Part shown: in pieces, positions 40,850 to 51,367 of the stretch
Position numbering within the stretch: the first letter of the stretch is position 1
Layout of the letters: every line of letters starts with the position of its first letter
Virus record (IMG/VR): IMGVR_UViG_3300028584_001240
Origin: a virus
Lineage: Duplodnaviria > Heunggongvirae > Uroviricota > Caudoviricetes
Length of the DNA stretch: 64,000 bases
Reading direction: 5' to 3' (one strand)
Made by a program: the position numbers and the translations under genes
The notes under the pieces: model-generated
Told to the model about the DNA's origin: nothing
The model's database searches: none
Seen by the model: the letters and a program-made list of their open reading frames with translations, nothing else

Positions 40850-41203
40850 TTAAACTTTATATTTGATACAGATATTGGACGATAATGTAGTTGCAGTGTC
40901 TTTCTTAAATTCCATAAAAGCAATAGTCGTAATACGCTCAGTAATCACAATAGACAAATTGGTACCAATCTCTCTGGTACCTGTCAAACAGGAATAACTC
41001 ACTTTAATTTTTTGACCATCATTAGTAAGAACATTAGCAACATCAACTTTAACACCTTTAACTTTCATGGTGCTAAAACCTGTAAGTTTTCCATCTTTCT
41101 CGATAGATGTAATGGTTTTATTGTAACCTAGCAAAAGAACTAGCATAGCAACAATGACTATAAGGTATGAAGATATTATAGCAATTGATTTGAAACTTTT
41201 CAT
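40850..41203 (-). CDS. membrane-anchored small protein
   Basis: N-terminal TM helix; SD GGAG. Confidence 0.65.
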   Translation of the reverse strand: MKSFKSIAIISSYLIVIVAMLVLLLGYNKTITSIEKDGKLTGFSTMKVKGVKVDVANVLTNDGQKIKVSYSCLTGTREIGTNLSIVITERITTIAFMEFKKDTATTLSSNICIKYKV

Positions 41204-41378
41204 GTAGACTCCCATTTAATTTAAGCTAACTATTATAACTATACGACAATAAGTCATAATAACAAGATTAAACGAAAATAATGTTTCAAAAAGTAACATG
41301 AAAAGTCGTTAAGATAAAGAAAATTTGAAATAAATATGGATTTATGTTATAATCATCACTCAATCAAGAGGTTTACTT

Positions 41379-41825
41379 ATGCTCACATTAAAAAAAGTTG
41401 AACATCCAAAAAATAAATTTTGCATTCAATATAAGACATGTCACACCGATATACATGAACATGATGTTTGGATGACTTTACCACCTTATATTCTAAGTGG
41501 TGTTGAAACTCTTGATGATCTTAGTAGTTTTCTCGAATGTTTTAAAGTTGTCAAAGATGAAATCACCAAATCAAGAACTGGCTACGGCTATCCCGGTAAT
41601 GATATTGATTTTGAAACACTGGCTGAGAATGTTGGCTGTGAGAAAATGGAATGGTACCAAAATGATGGTGTCATGGTTATTAAAGATGGAAAAGAGTTCT
41701 TTATTGATGTAGGCACAGATTTGGGAATGCCAACAGAAGATGGTCGTTTCATGTGTGGCATTGATATTAAACTGATCACTTATTTCGATAACAATGGTAT
41801 TGAATATATTGTAGAAGAAAACTAA
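41379..41825 (+). CDS. hypothetical protein
   Basis: 148 aa, promoter -10 TGTTATAAT and SD GAGG. Confidence 0.7.
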   Translation: MLTLKKVEHPKNKFCIQYKTCHTDIHEHDVWMTLPPYILSGVETLDDLSSFLECFKVVKDEITKSRTGYGYPGNDIDFETLAENVGCEKMEWYQNDGVMVIKDGKEFFIDVGTDLGMPTEDGRFMCGIDIKLITYFDNNGIEYIVEEN

Positions 41826-41875
41826 TCGCAGATGTAGAAAAAGAGGCATCTGCCTCTTTTTTTATAATTTTTATA

Positions 41876-42364
41876 TTATTGATTTTCTTTAATTGACTTC
41901 AATTTAGTATTTGAAATCTCAGTAATCAAGTCATGCATAAATCCACAAATAGCAACAAGAAACATAAATGAAGCAAGAAACAACACAGCAGATAAACCGC
42001 CTTCATGCATATCGGCAACACAAAGAAGGAGAATTTCACCGCACACCAAAACTCCTGCCAATATTTTCATTAATAGCATTAAACTTTTAACATGTTCTTT
42101 TGGTGTTTTTGCAAAGACGCACATTATCCATAAACCAAAAACACCTAACGGAATAACAAAATTCCAGATATTATCTTGAATAAAATGTTTACTTGGTAAA
42201 AATAAATTATTAACGAATAATATCGCACTCCATATATTGGCAGCATAAAAACTAGTTAATTTGGCTATTCCAATAATGATAGCAAGAACACCTGCAAACA
42301 GCAATAATTGCAAACCGCATTTAAACATTGTTTTTAATAATTCATTATTTTCATTGTTATTCAT
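41876..42364 (-). CDS. multi-TM membrane protein, same family as 29994-31604 genes
   Basis: KCGLQL...LWIMCVFAK. Confidence 0.7.
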   Translation of the reverse strand: MNNNENNELLKTMFKCGLQLLLFAGVLAIIIGIAKLTSFYAANIWSAILFVNNLFLPSKHFIQDNIWNFVIPLGVFGLWIMCVFAKTPKEHVKSLMLLMKILAGVLVCGEILLLCVADMHEGGLSAVLFLASFMFLVAICGFMHDLITEISNTKLKSIKENQ

Positions 42365-42510
42365 AATTAAACCTTTATTTGATATCCATTATTATATTAA
42401 ATGATACAACTTAATATAAGGTAGCAAGATGTCTAAAAAAGTCAATATAATAAAGAAATAAATATAATTAAACATCAATAAAAAATAAAGAGGCCGAAGC
42501 CTCTATATAA

Positions 42511-43266
42511 TTATAGTTCATTCGTTACAACTAATTCTTTAAACACGGTTTGTCTTTGATTGATGTTATAGATTAAACGTTCAAGACCAAAAGCTATTTC
42601 CAGCACAAAACATTCTCTTGGTTGATTTTTGACCATCGGTTGATAAGTAAAATCTTTTCTTAATGACACTGAACAGACTTCCATCCATTTATCATTATTG
42701 AATACTTCTATATCAATTGTTTTTAAAGAATAATCAGGCAATCTATCGGAAAGAACAATTCTGACTGGTAAAGCAACCACATCCAAGAATATTTGAGCCA
42801 AAGGTTCTATAATACTTTCTTGGTAGTTATTCTTTGTGTCTTTTGTATATAAACATTGAAATTCTTGTTGATAGAATTCTTTGTATCTGCAGTGTTTGGT
42901 TACTTGGTCCTGTTCACGTCTAAAACTCTTTGATGTCTGCCATACACACAATGGTGGCATGTAATCCTGAGATTTTAAAAGATGTTCCATATACAAATAG
43001 GAACTTGCCGTAGTTTCTGGTTTAAGCACAATAGCGTCATGATTATGTTCTTCCTGTACCCATATATCTTCATCCGTATAATTAGCATTGACTAATTCTC
43101 TCGGAATTAAGCAAGGGGCTTCTATTTGGATAAATCGCCATGATTTATTCTGAGCAAAAAGTAACTCTTGAATTTCAAATTCCATCAGTTTAACCAGATA
43201 GTCTTTCAACATCAAGTCTCGTTTGTTTAAAAAAGGTAAAGCATTAAAGTTGTAAATAAATTCCAT
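42511..43266 (-). CDS. class II aaRS catalytic core, homodimeric GlyRS-like, lacking anticodon-binding domain (251 aa)
   Basis: LKPETT, motif 2 WQTSKSFRRE..RYKEFYQQEFQ, YS.KTIDIE, WMEVCSVSLR.DF, motif 3 VLEIAFGLERL; ATG 43266 with SD AGGAG. Confidence 0.8.
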   Translation of the reverse strand: MEFIYNFNALPFLNKRDLMLKDYLVKLMEFEIQELLFAQNKSWRFIQIEAPCLIPRELVNANYTDEDIWVQEEHNHDAIVLKPETTASSYLYMEHLLKSQDYMPPLCVWQTSKSFRREQDQVTKHCRYKEFYQQEFQCLYTKDTKNNYQESIIEPLAQIFLDVVALPVRIVLSDRLPDYSLKTIDIEVFNNDKWMEVCSVSLRKDFTYQPMVKNQPRECFVLEIAFGLERLIYNINQRQTVFKELVVTNEL

Positions 43267-43303
43267 GATAGTTCTCCTAGTTAGTTTGTTAAATTTTAAG
43301 CAT

Positions 43304-43326
43304 AAAAAAACCGCCGTTAGGCGGTT
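43304..43326 (-). terminator. attenuator terminator in leader of GlyRS-like gene
   Basis: AACCGCC-TAAC-GGCGGTT-TTTTT located between promoter and gene. Confidence 0.8.
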
Positions 43327-43367
43327 CGTGTCATTGTCAAAGGACAAACAGGTATACGCCAAAACCT

Positions 43368-43418
43368 TTAAGTTTGACGGCCACCACCAACAATGTTTGA
43401 AAAATTAATATGTTTCAT
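43368..43418 (-). CDS. leader peptide MKHINFSNIVGGGRQT
   Basis: SD AAGGA, three tandem Gly codons GGT GGT GGC, upstream promoter TTGACT-17-TAAAGT (43474-43446). Confidence 0.75.
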   Translation of the reverse strand: MKHINFSNIVGGGRQT

Positions 43419-43595
43419 GTGTTTATCCTTTTTGAAATTACTTTAACTTTAACAAAACAAAGAGATTAAGTCAACATTTTTCTTAAATCATAAGTAAAAA
43501 AAGAGTAAAGTGATTGTAAATAAGAACAATATTGATTTACTTTCTAGAAAATAGGAATAAGATGTAAGTATTAAACAAACATCTCTGAGGCACTT

Positions 43596-44000
43596 ATGAA
43601 ATTCCTATTCGGCATCCCATTATTGTTCACACTAAGTGGATGTATTGCTGATCCTTATTATGATGATTCATACAGCTATACAGAAACAACAACAAGAACG
43701 CAGTATGTTCCATCGGGAAGTTCGATGATTTATACTGAAACAGTTGTTCGTCCACAGATTTACTATCAACCAGCACCAGTGTATGTGTATCCAAGACCCG
43801 TTTATAGACCTTACTACAACGATAGAGGGCCACATTATAGACCTCATTATAATAGACCGGGACATGATTACAGACCTAACCGTCCACATAGACCTGACTA
43901 TAACAATGGTCATGGCAGACCTGATGGACATGGACCTAGACCGGGAAATGGCAACGATCATGGTGGTCGTCCTGATAGACCGCGTGGTGGTAGAGATTAA
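43596..44000 (+). CDS. Pro/Arg/His/Gly-rich lipoprotein
   Basis: Lipobox LSGC; low-complexity YRP/GHGRP repeats. Confidence 0.75.
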   Translation: MKFLFGIPLLFTLSGCIADPYYDDSYSYTETTTRTQYVPSGSSMIYTETVVRPQIYYQPAPVYVYPRPVYRPYYNDRGPHYRPHYNRPGHDYRPNRPHRPDYNNGHGRPDGHGPRPGNGNDHGGRPDRPRGGRD

Positions 44001-44045
44001 GATTAAAAAAAAGCAGCCTAAATGGTTGCTTTTTTATAGTTAATT

Positions 44046-44675
44046 CTATTCGCCTGTTAATTTATCCAGTGGATATAGAAAAGACGTTTTTGTAGAATTG
44101 TAATAACCTGATTGCGGGAAACTGTGTAAGATGTTTCTAACTCTGTAAAATAATTGATTACTTTTAAACAATTTAAACTTGGTTTCTTTTAATACATCTA
44201 AATTATCATAATTAGGTACAGCACATAATTTATATTCTAATGACATCAATGCATCAATACTTTCAAACATTAAATAAATCGCATCAATAACTTCTTTATT
44301 TGAAGCACTAGTTAATGCTGGTTTTGTGTCTAATTTACTTTCTAATAAATCAATAGTTGATTTAACTTCATTTTCAAATGCCGACATATCAAAAGAAAGT
44401 TCTGGATTGTTGATCTTGTGTTTATGGCAGTAATTATTAGCAAAGTCGTTTAGATTACTTGCATAGTTTTTATAAAATTTTAAAACAGTAAATTTCATAT
44501 GTCCATGCGTTTTATAAACTTTCAGTAATACATCATTAATATCTCTTATCTCGGTGCGAGATTCGCATTTGACAGATGGGAGATTAACAAAATAATCAAT
44601 TTTTTCTGCAGTTAATTTATGTAGACCATAAACGAATTGTAGATATTCTTTAATAGCTCTCTCATGATTACTCAT
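44046..44675 (-). CDS. hypothetical protein
   Basis: 209 aa, SD AAGGAG. Confidence 0.7.
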   Translation of the reverse strand: MSNHERAIKEYLQFVYGLHKLTAEKIDYFVNLPSVKCESRTEIRDINDVLLKVYKTHGHMKFTVLKFYKNYASNLNDFANNYCHKHKINNPELSFDMSAFENEVKSTIDLLESKLDTKPALTSASNKEVIDAIYLMFESIDALMSLEYKLCAVPNYDNLDVLKETKFKLFKSNQLFYRVRNILHSFPQSGYYNSTKTSFLYPLDKLTGE

Positions 44676-44765
44676 TATTTACTCCTTATTGGTTGATAAT
44701 ATATCAAAAAAATTGAAAGATGTCAAAAGAATGATACAATAATATTAAACAATAATTTAGTAGAT

Positions 44766-46070
44766 ATGATTAAAATTACAGGTGTCACGGATTTAATTAT
44801 GGGTTCATGGGATTATCACCAGACGAAAAAAGACCTGAAAGATAATAATATGGGACTTGAATTGAGTGATTCATATCTTTCTTATCATGGTGCAAAAGCA
44901 GTACTTGGAGCTGTTAGATTTACAACACTAGGTATAGCTTACGGTTATGCTCTAAATACAGGAGCCTTTAATCAATTAGACAGCATAAGTGTAGGGTTAG
45001 TGGCTGCATTTACGGCGGGTCATATAGTTAATGGAATTATTCAATATGCTCCATCCTTACTAAAAGATGAAGCACTTTCATATAAGAGATTTCAAGGTAA
45101 TATTCTAAAAGATAACGAAATTTTTAATAAGATTACCAATCAAACAGAACTATCTGTACACACTTCATATCAATTGTTTATGGTGGGTAATAAGCTGGCT
45201 ACTGGTAATCCATTCGATAAAATAGTGTTTAAAATGAAAGAACAAATATCATTATGGAAAGAGAAATGGAACAATGAACAACTTGATCAATTTAATTTTA
45301 TTTCAAAAGCTGTTTTAAAATTAATAAAGAAATCAGATAGGTTAAGTGATATCCTAACTAAATTTGTTAAAGACAGCCCATTAAAAGTCGAAACTAACAA
45401 AATAATAAAAGTTCATGGAAATATCGAATCAAAAGAAAATGAATATTTCAGATCATACATGGCTGAAAAATACCCAGAAGAACAGAAAGTGAAAAAAAGT
45501 TGTGAAGAAAGGTTAGCAGGACTAAATCAGAAGGCAATATTGTCCGCTTATGATATAATAAGACAGCAAAACGTACAATTGTTTTTTGCTAAAATCGTAA
45601 TGGACTACAATAAGGGTCATATTCATAGTGATCTTATCAAGAAATTCGCGGAACTAAATAATCAAACAAAAATACCAGAAAAAGGTAAAAACACTTATCA
45701 GGAATTTGAACCTTATGCCAATATATCAAGAATGGCAAGAAAAATGATGGATAACAAAAAATTATACCTACCTGATGTAGATGTTAAAAAAATATTAAAA
45801 GACATTAATAAAGAAATGGTCAATGATAATAAAATAAAAATATATTCATTCAATAATATTTTTTATCATACAAAGAAAAAAATAATTAACAAAGAACTTG
45901 AAAAACAAGCACTTGGAAATATACTTAAATCTGATAAAAAGGCTGTCGTCAACGAAATAGAAATTGATAACAATTCATTCAACGAGATTGTAAAAATAAC
46001 AGATAAAAAACTAAATGAAGAGAAAAAGATTGCAGAAAAAATTCAAGAAGCAAAGAAAAACAAAATATAA
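44766..46070 (+). CDS. membrane-associated protein with basic tail
   Basis: Hydrophobic hairpin near aa 43-95; ends EAKKNKI*. Confidence 0.7.
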   Translation: MIKITGVTDLIMGSWDYHQTKKDLKDNNMGLELSDSYLSYHGAKAVLGAVRFTTLGIAYGYALNTGAFNQLDSISVGLVAAFTAGHIVNGIIQYAPSLLKDEALSYKRFQGNILKDNEIFNKITNQTELSVHTSYQLFMVGNKLATGNPFDKIVFKMKEQISLWKEKWNNEQLDQFNFISKAVLKLIKKSDRLSDILTKFVKDSPLKVETNKIIKVHGNIESKENEYFRSYMAEKYPEEQKVKKSCEERLAGLNQKAILSAYDIIRQQNVQLFFAKIVMDYNKGHIHSDLIKKFAELNNQTKIPEKGKNTYQEFEPYANISRMARKMMDNKKLYLPDVDVKKILKDINKEMVNDNKIKIYSFNNIFYHTKKKIINKELEKQALGNILKSDKKAVVNEIEIDNNSFNEIVKITDKKLNEEKKIAEKIQEAKKNKI

Positions 46071-46090
46071 CTCAGCCGTAGCTGAGTTTT

Positions 46091-47173
46091 TTATAATTTC
46101 GCAATGATATTATAATTGTGTACTTGTTTGTTTTTGATATTCTTTTCAAAATAGATTTCTGGATTACTGACATATTTCTCTTCGGATGTATAATACCTTA
46201 CCGTTTTATAACCTAAACCATGCATCATATCGACTAATGAATCAATGTCTCTTATTTTACTAATCACATCGCGTTGCACTTGTGTAATAACACCTTTATC
46301 CATAAGATATTGACCAATCTTACTGTAAGTAACAAACACATTGCTTTTATCAATAAGACCCAATGAGATTTCATCATCACGACCTGTTTCAAGTTTTTTA
46401 AGATAAGCCATTGGCTGCAATAAGTTAACATTTTTATCCATAAAATGTATAAGTTCTTTCTTTAAATTGTGTGTGCTTGTTCGCATACCATCGTTATTGC
46501 TTCTTAACGTTTCAAGTAGCTCAGAAAATTCATTAGTGTACTCAGTAAAACCACATTCAACATAGTTTTCAAACTTTGTTTTTGTCTTGCTTAATGATTT
46601 CTCTATCTGATAAATATCATTCTTACTTCTCTCTATCTTTTCTTGCAAATCATATTTATTATCAATGTAGTCATCATCATCCATATCGAGATCTTCGAAT
46701 TCTGATTCAAAACGAGCCAGTTGATCATTTTCTGCATTAAGATCTTTCTCTTCCTCAATATAAGCTTCATGTAGTGTTTCCCACTCTTTAATCATTTTAT
46801 TGATATTGTTGGCTTGCCTTTCTACTTCATCAAGGTAATCAAGACTTAATCTTTCTTCAATATCTTCATAATATTCAAGTATATCTTCTCGATGACCTTC
46901 TGGAATTAAATCTTTATCCATCTCATCAAATAAGTTACTAACATCAACTGCCCACTGCTGCAATTGGGCTACACGGTCTTGTAATTCATGCAATGTTAAA
47001 TACATTTCTTCTGGATTAAATAAGATGTCTACTTCATAAACAACTGATGAACGTTCACTGTTAAAGATGAGTGCATTGATCAATGGGCATGTATTGGGTG
47101 GTTGATTAGTAATCCCTAATAACGTATCTTCTTTAATTTGACTAATGGATGATAATTCTTTTAATGATTTCAT
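46091..47173 (-). CDS. acidic coiled-coil protein, paralog of 47175-48242
   Basis: QPPNTCPLI, LRSNND, QPMAYLKKLETG. Confidence 0.75.
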   Translation of the reverse strand: MKSLKELSSISQIKEDTLLGITNQPPNTCPLINALIFNSERSSVVYEVDILFNPEEMYLTLHELQDRVAQLQQWAVDVSNLFDEMDKDLIPEGHREDILEYYEDIEERLSLDYLDEVERQANNINKMIKEWETLHEAYIEEEKDLNAENDQLARFESEFEDLDMDDDDYIDNKYDLQEKIERSKNDIYQIEKSLSKTKTKFENYVECGFTEYTNEFSELLETLRSNNDGMRTSTHNLKKELIHFMDKNVNLLQPMAYLKKLETGRDDEISLGLIDKSNVFVTYSKIGQYLMDKGVITQVQRDVISKIRDIDSLVDMMHGLGYKTVRYYTSEEKYVSNPEIYFEKNIKNKQVHNYNIIAKL

Positions 47174-47174
47174 G

Positions 47175-48242
47175 TTAAAGTCTCGGTTTAAGTTTACTTT
47201 CAGTTATTAATTCTTGGCTAAAATTGACTTCTTTGTAGAGTTCTGGGTGTTTTATACTGATAATTGGGTCGTCATAATATCGTATTGTGGTATAACCAGA
47301 CTTCTTCAAAAAGTCTAACAAAGGTTCAACGTCATCACATCTTTTTAATAATGTCTTCGCTATATCATTTATGACATCATGCTTATTGAGGTATTCAGTT
47401 AACTTTTCAAATGTCTGGGAGTAATAAGACTTATCAACAAGTCCTAGTGATATTTCATCTGGTTTGCCTGTTTCGAGTTTTTTTAGATAATCCATTGGTT
47501 GGGTGACATTAAAATCATTGTGGGCATATTCAATAACCATATCTCTTAAATAAATAACCGTATGTCGCAATTCATCATTATTTGAGCGAATCGACTCCAT
47601 TAATTCAGTAAAGGCATTAAGTTCCTTCTCAAAAGGTTTAGAAACATCAGAATTAAAATCATCTTTTAACTCTTCAAGTTTTTCATTAATATCTTCAACT
47701 GCAGTTTTTGCTGTGGCTATTGCAGCAACAGCATCTTCATAACCTTCATCTTCTGGTTCATTATCAAAATTACTTTCTAACTGGTCATGTTCCTTTTCGG
47801 CATTATCAAGTTCTCGTTCAACACGTAAATAATAAGCATGCTTATCCTGCCAATCATAAATAAGGTCATTAATGGTTTTGACACTGCAACCCACTTCATA
47901 CATTTTATTCCATGCTATTCTGTCTGTAATATCGGTTATATAGTCATCCATATTAACGATATCATCATTATCAATAATGGATTTATCTAATATTGAATAA
48001 ACATCAACCACTTCACTGGCCCATTTTTCAAGCGTTTCAATACGTTCTGCAAGACTTTTCTCATCCAGTAACAAATGTTTTGGATCATATTCAATGTCAA
48101 GGTCATAAATAGGACTACGGCGTTGCCCTAAATAGATTAAAGGGTCTATTAAAGGGCACGTATTGTCTGGTTGTGGTGTTATCTCTAACATGTGATCAAG
48201 TCTAACTTGACGTATGGATGGAAGATCCTTTAAAGACTTCAT
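47175..48242 (-). CDS. acidic coiled-coil protein with basic tail
   Basis: QPDNTCPLI, IRSNND, QPMDYLKKLETG; ends SKLKPRL*. Confidence 0.75.
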   Translation of the reverse strand: MKSLKDLPSIRQVRLDHMLEITPQPDNTCPLIDPLIYLGQRRSPIYDLDIEYDPKHLLLDEKSLAERIETLEKWASEVVDVYSILDKSIIDNDDIVNMDDYITDITDRIAWNKMYEVGCSVKTINDLIYDWQDKHAYYLRVERELDNAEKEHDQLESNFDNEPEDEGYEDAVAAIATAKTAVEDINEKLEELKDDFNSDVSKPFEKELNAFTELMESIRSNNDELRHTVIYLRDMVIEYAHNDFNVTQPMDYLKKLETGKPDEISLGLVDKSYYSQTFEKLTEYLNKHDVINDIAKTLLKRCDDVEPLLDFLKKSGYTTIRYYDDPIISIKHPELYKEVNFSQELITESKLKPRL

Positions 48243-48299
48243 GTTTTTGCCTACTGTTTTTTACATTATAGCATAAGTGCTATAATTATTCAAAAAACA

Positions 48300-48659
48300 T
48301 CAATCAAACAATTTTTCTATGACTTTAACCATACGCTTTGCTTCTTTTCTCGCTTTAACCAACTTTTTTCGCCAAGCTGCTTGTTCTTTTCGGGTTCTTT
48401 TTTGGAAGGATAATTCTGAAAAGCTACGAATGGGAATATTATTTTCATCAACAATCTCACCAATTATCCAGTCAAAGAGATAACCTTCTTTAATATTTTG
48501 ATGGTCGGAAACATCAAAAACAGAAAAATTAAATTCCCCTATTTCTTCGTCAGACTTTGGATTAGTCACATCATATAAAATGGCAAAAAAAGTCTTTTTT
48601 TCAATGTCTACTGAATCAATATAACCTTCAAATTCTTGTAATATTTGTTTATGCTCCAT
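48300..48659 (-). CDS. hypothetical protein
   Basis: 119 aa, SD AGGAG. Confidence 0.65.
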   Translation of the reverse strand: MEHKQILQEFEGYIDSVDIEKKTFFAILYDVTNPKSDEEIGEFNFSVFDVSDHQNIKEGYLFDWIIGEIVDENNIPIRSFSELSFQKRTRKEQAAWRKKLVKARKEAKRMVKVIEKLFD

Positions 48660-48693
48660 CTCTATTCTCCTGTTGATAACTACAATAACACAA

Positions 48694-49449
48694 CTATTTA
48701 TTAAATAAAACCATATGTGCTAACTTAAGTTGAGCATGAACTAAATCTATATCCAATGGTTTCGGTAATGGACCATAAAATTGTGTGAATATTTCGTCAA
48801 AACTTTCTAATGAATCCATTAATATATAATGTTTTAAGAGTAGGTTTTCGTCTTTGACATTAAAGCCCTGTTGGTAAGTTCTAAACTTAGCATTGTATTT
48901 ATCAACAATGCCATTAAAAAGTCCCCTCTGATTGCCTACAAACAGTTTTCCAACAGGATTATAATCCTTGTCAAAATCATAGCCAATATAGAATTCTGAC
49001 ATCATATATTTAATTTTAAAATAATTATGAAGATGAAATGCTTCATGAATATAGCAAAGTTCAAAGTTGTCATTATAAAACATAATTTTATTTTCAACCG
49101 AATCTTTAAACGATTGTTCATCACCACAGTGGATAAATAAAGTTAAGTCCAGATTTAAAAGAACATGATATTTAAATTGAGACGCAAGTGGACTATCGAG
49201 AATTTTAATAAAATCATCAATTTTTGTATCCACTGTTTTTTGATATACGGAGTCTATAATAGATACATTAGTTTTAGTGTCTTTAAATTCAATAGTAACA
49301 CTGACCCCATCATAAGAAGTCATTACCGTAATATCATCTAATGTAAATACTCTTTTTAGCAAACCTTTATGATTGATTGATTCCAGTCCAATAGCAATCA
49401 TACGTTCTAATTGAGATTTCTCAATATTTTTAACTTTATTTATCATCAT
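48694..49449 (-). CDS. hypothetical protein, C-terminal motif group
   Basis: ends QLKLAHMVLFNK*. Confidence 0.7.
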   Translation of the reverse strand: MMINKVKNIEKSQLERMIAIGLESINHKGLLKRVFTLDDITVMTSYDGVSVTIEFKDTKTNVSIIDSVYQKTVDTKIDDFIKILDSPLASQFKYHVLLNLDLTLFIHCGDEQSFKDSVENKIMFYNDNFELCYIHEAFHLHNYFKIKYMMSEFYIGYDFDKDYNPVGKLFVGNQRGLFNGIVDKYNAKFRTYQQGFNVKDENLLLKHYILMDSLESFDEIFTQFYGPLPKPLDIDLVHAQLKLAHMVLFNK

Positions 49450-50570
49450 TTGGCCTTTGATACAGAAAAGAAGGTATTCTTGCTGGAATCATGTGAAGCA
49501 TTAAATGAACGTACATTGTATTCACCCTGATCAACATTCACAGTAATGCAACTATCAGATAATTCTTTAAAATCAATATTATGTTTCGTACAAAGATCTT
49601 TCATCAAATCATGATCAATCGCACAAACAGCCCAAAGATCGGTGCAAACATAACCCAAATCTTTTTCAGTATCCGTATAGTTTTTCACATAATCAGGATC
49701 TTCATCATCGTCACTATCATCGACATCAAGATCATCTTCACCTTCTTGTGGTGTATAAATGGATTCAAATTTTACTTCAATATTTTTTGTAATAGAGTCT
49801 TGAAATACATGTGGAGAAGTATTCCCAACTTGGACATAAATCATACCATGATTGTTCCAAAACTCTTGGGTATACATCACACCCAATTCACTGTTGATGC
49901 TGTTTGAGTAACCTGATTTTTCAGTAATATACTTATCAGCTTCAAAACGAGATAATTCTGGGAATAATTCACGGAGGTCATTCGCAAACAACAGTTTTCC
50001 TGATGGGATATTGAGTTTGTAAGTGTATTCATCAATGCCTTTTGTTAGTTTACAAGGCTGATGTCCTACAAACCTACCCATTCGGCTGTCTTCTGAAACA
50101 ACGCTAGTAAACATGCCATTTTTGAATGATGATTTAGTGGTTACACCACAAACAAAACAATAATGGTCAACCGTTAAAAACGAGGCATCAAGTGTTCTGA
50201 TGAATTCTGTTATAATTTTATCTTTGATAACGTTATCTACATCATTTTTAAGTTCTTCTTTATGTTTTAAGATCTCTCCAAAAAGTTTATAAGAAATCAC
50301 AAATTTGATTTGGTCACAATAACGTTGTACAAGGTAATCATATTCCATTGTGTCTTTAATTTCTTGCAAAGTAAGACCATCATATACACCCCTGTGATGA
50401 CCTTGAAGATCAACTTTCTTCGTCATAACAGTGGCTTTGAAATAAGTGTCAAAAAATGCATCTTCTTCTTTTTCCAAATGATGAACGTCTTCTTTGGCCT
50501 TCACAGGATCAACATCAAACATCAATGTATGGGCAGATTTGAAAATAATTGAATAATCAAGGTCTTTCAT
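49446..50570 (-). CDS. hypothetical protein
   Basis: 374 aa; CFVCG, PSGKLLFANDLR, VGNTSP, CTDLW. Confidence 0.75.
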   Translation of the reverse strand: MKDLDYSIIFKSAHTLMFDVDPVKAKEDVHHLEKEEDAFFDTYFKATVMTKKVDLQGHHRGVYDGLTLQEIKDTMEYDYLVQRYCDQIKFVISYKLFGEILKHKEELKNDVDNVIKDKIITEFIRTLDASFLTVDHYCFVCGVTTKSSFKNGMFTSVVSEDSRMGRFVGHQPCKLTKGIDEYTYKLNIPSGKLLFANDLRELFPELSRFEADKYITEKSGYSNSINSELGVMYTQEFWNNHGMIYVQVGNTSPHVFQDSITKNIEVKFESIYTPQEGEDDLDVDDSDDDEDPDYVKNYTDTEKDLGYVCTDLWAVCAIDHDLMKDLCTKHNIDFKELSDSCITVNVDQGEYNVRSFNASHDSSKNTFFSVSKAK

Positions 50571-50620
50571 GTTAAAACTCCATTAAAAATTTGTTTTATT
50601 ATAGCATAAATTGAGAATTG

Positions 50621-51367
50621 TTAAATTTTTGTCATGTCATATAAACTTAAAAAGGCTTCTGGATTTTCTTTAAATTTATTATACAAATCAGACCAGTCTT
50701 CTGTGTCAAATAATTCTTGAATATTTTCATCATGAATACTTAAAAAAGACATTTTAGCAAATATTAGGGCTTCTTGTGGGTTCGTAATCTTATAGAACCT
50801 ATTATAATCCTCACTATAAAGGCTTAATGAATTGGTATAATAACGATTACTGCCTCTTGCTGATGAAGGCCCATTACGATAACTATCAGAATATTTAAAC
50901 ACACCATCAATATCGGTTAACACACCATCAAAATTAAATTTTAGTGTAGGTGAAACACTCTCAACAATGTCAGAACGAGTCACTATAAAAGATGAGACTT
51001 CTTTAAAGTTAGCGAAATATGAAGTGAGATCATGTAAATGAAGCAATTCTTTTAAGGTGTCATCATCTTTGTCATTGAATTCAAATTCTATATAATTAAC
51101 TTTTAAGGAATCATCTTTAAACAAAGTAGCTGACAGCTTAAATTTAATAGGATGATCCGCATTAAATGCCCCAAACCCACAATCCAGTATATAAGTAGGT
51201 GTGAACACATACGTTTTATCTTTATCATTCATATGAAAAATTTCATTGTCCTTATTTTCTTTTACATAAGAACAACCATTAAGACCAATTCTTTGTACAA
51301 GTTCGGAAAACGTGGACAATATATCTCGTTCAACTTTATGCTTTGCATCGTCAGTGAATTTAGTCAT
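50621..51367 (-). CDS. hypothetical protein, C-terminal motif group
   Basis: ends FLSLYDMTKI*. Confidence 0.75.
   Translation of the reverse strand: MTKFTDDAKHKVERDILSTFSELVQRIGLNGCSYVKENKDNEIFHMNDKDKTYVFTPTYILDCGFGAFNADHPIKFKLSATLFKDDSLKVNYIEFEFNDKDDDTLKELLHLHDLTSYFANFKEVSSFIVTRSDIVESVSPTLKFNFDGVLTDIDGVFKYSDSYRNGPSSARGSNRYYTNSLSLYSEDYNRFYKITNPQEALIFAKMSFLSIHDENIQELFDTEDWSDLYNKFKENPEAFLSLYDMTKI

Noticed and set aside
43381-43389. TGG-TGG-TGG as a Trp leader peptide
   Set aside because: That frame has an upstream TAA and no start codon; the frame with SD and ATG reads Gly-Gly-Gly, matching the downstream GlyRS-like gene
43790-43997. Short DNA repeats (ATAGACC, GACATG) as a non-coding array
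   Set aside because: They encode the low-complexity YRP/GHGRP tail of the lipoprotein
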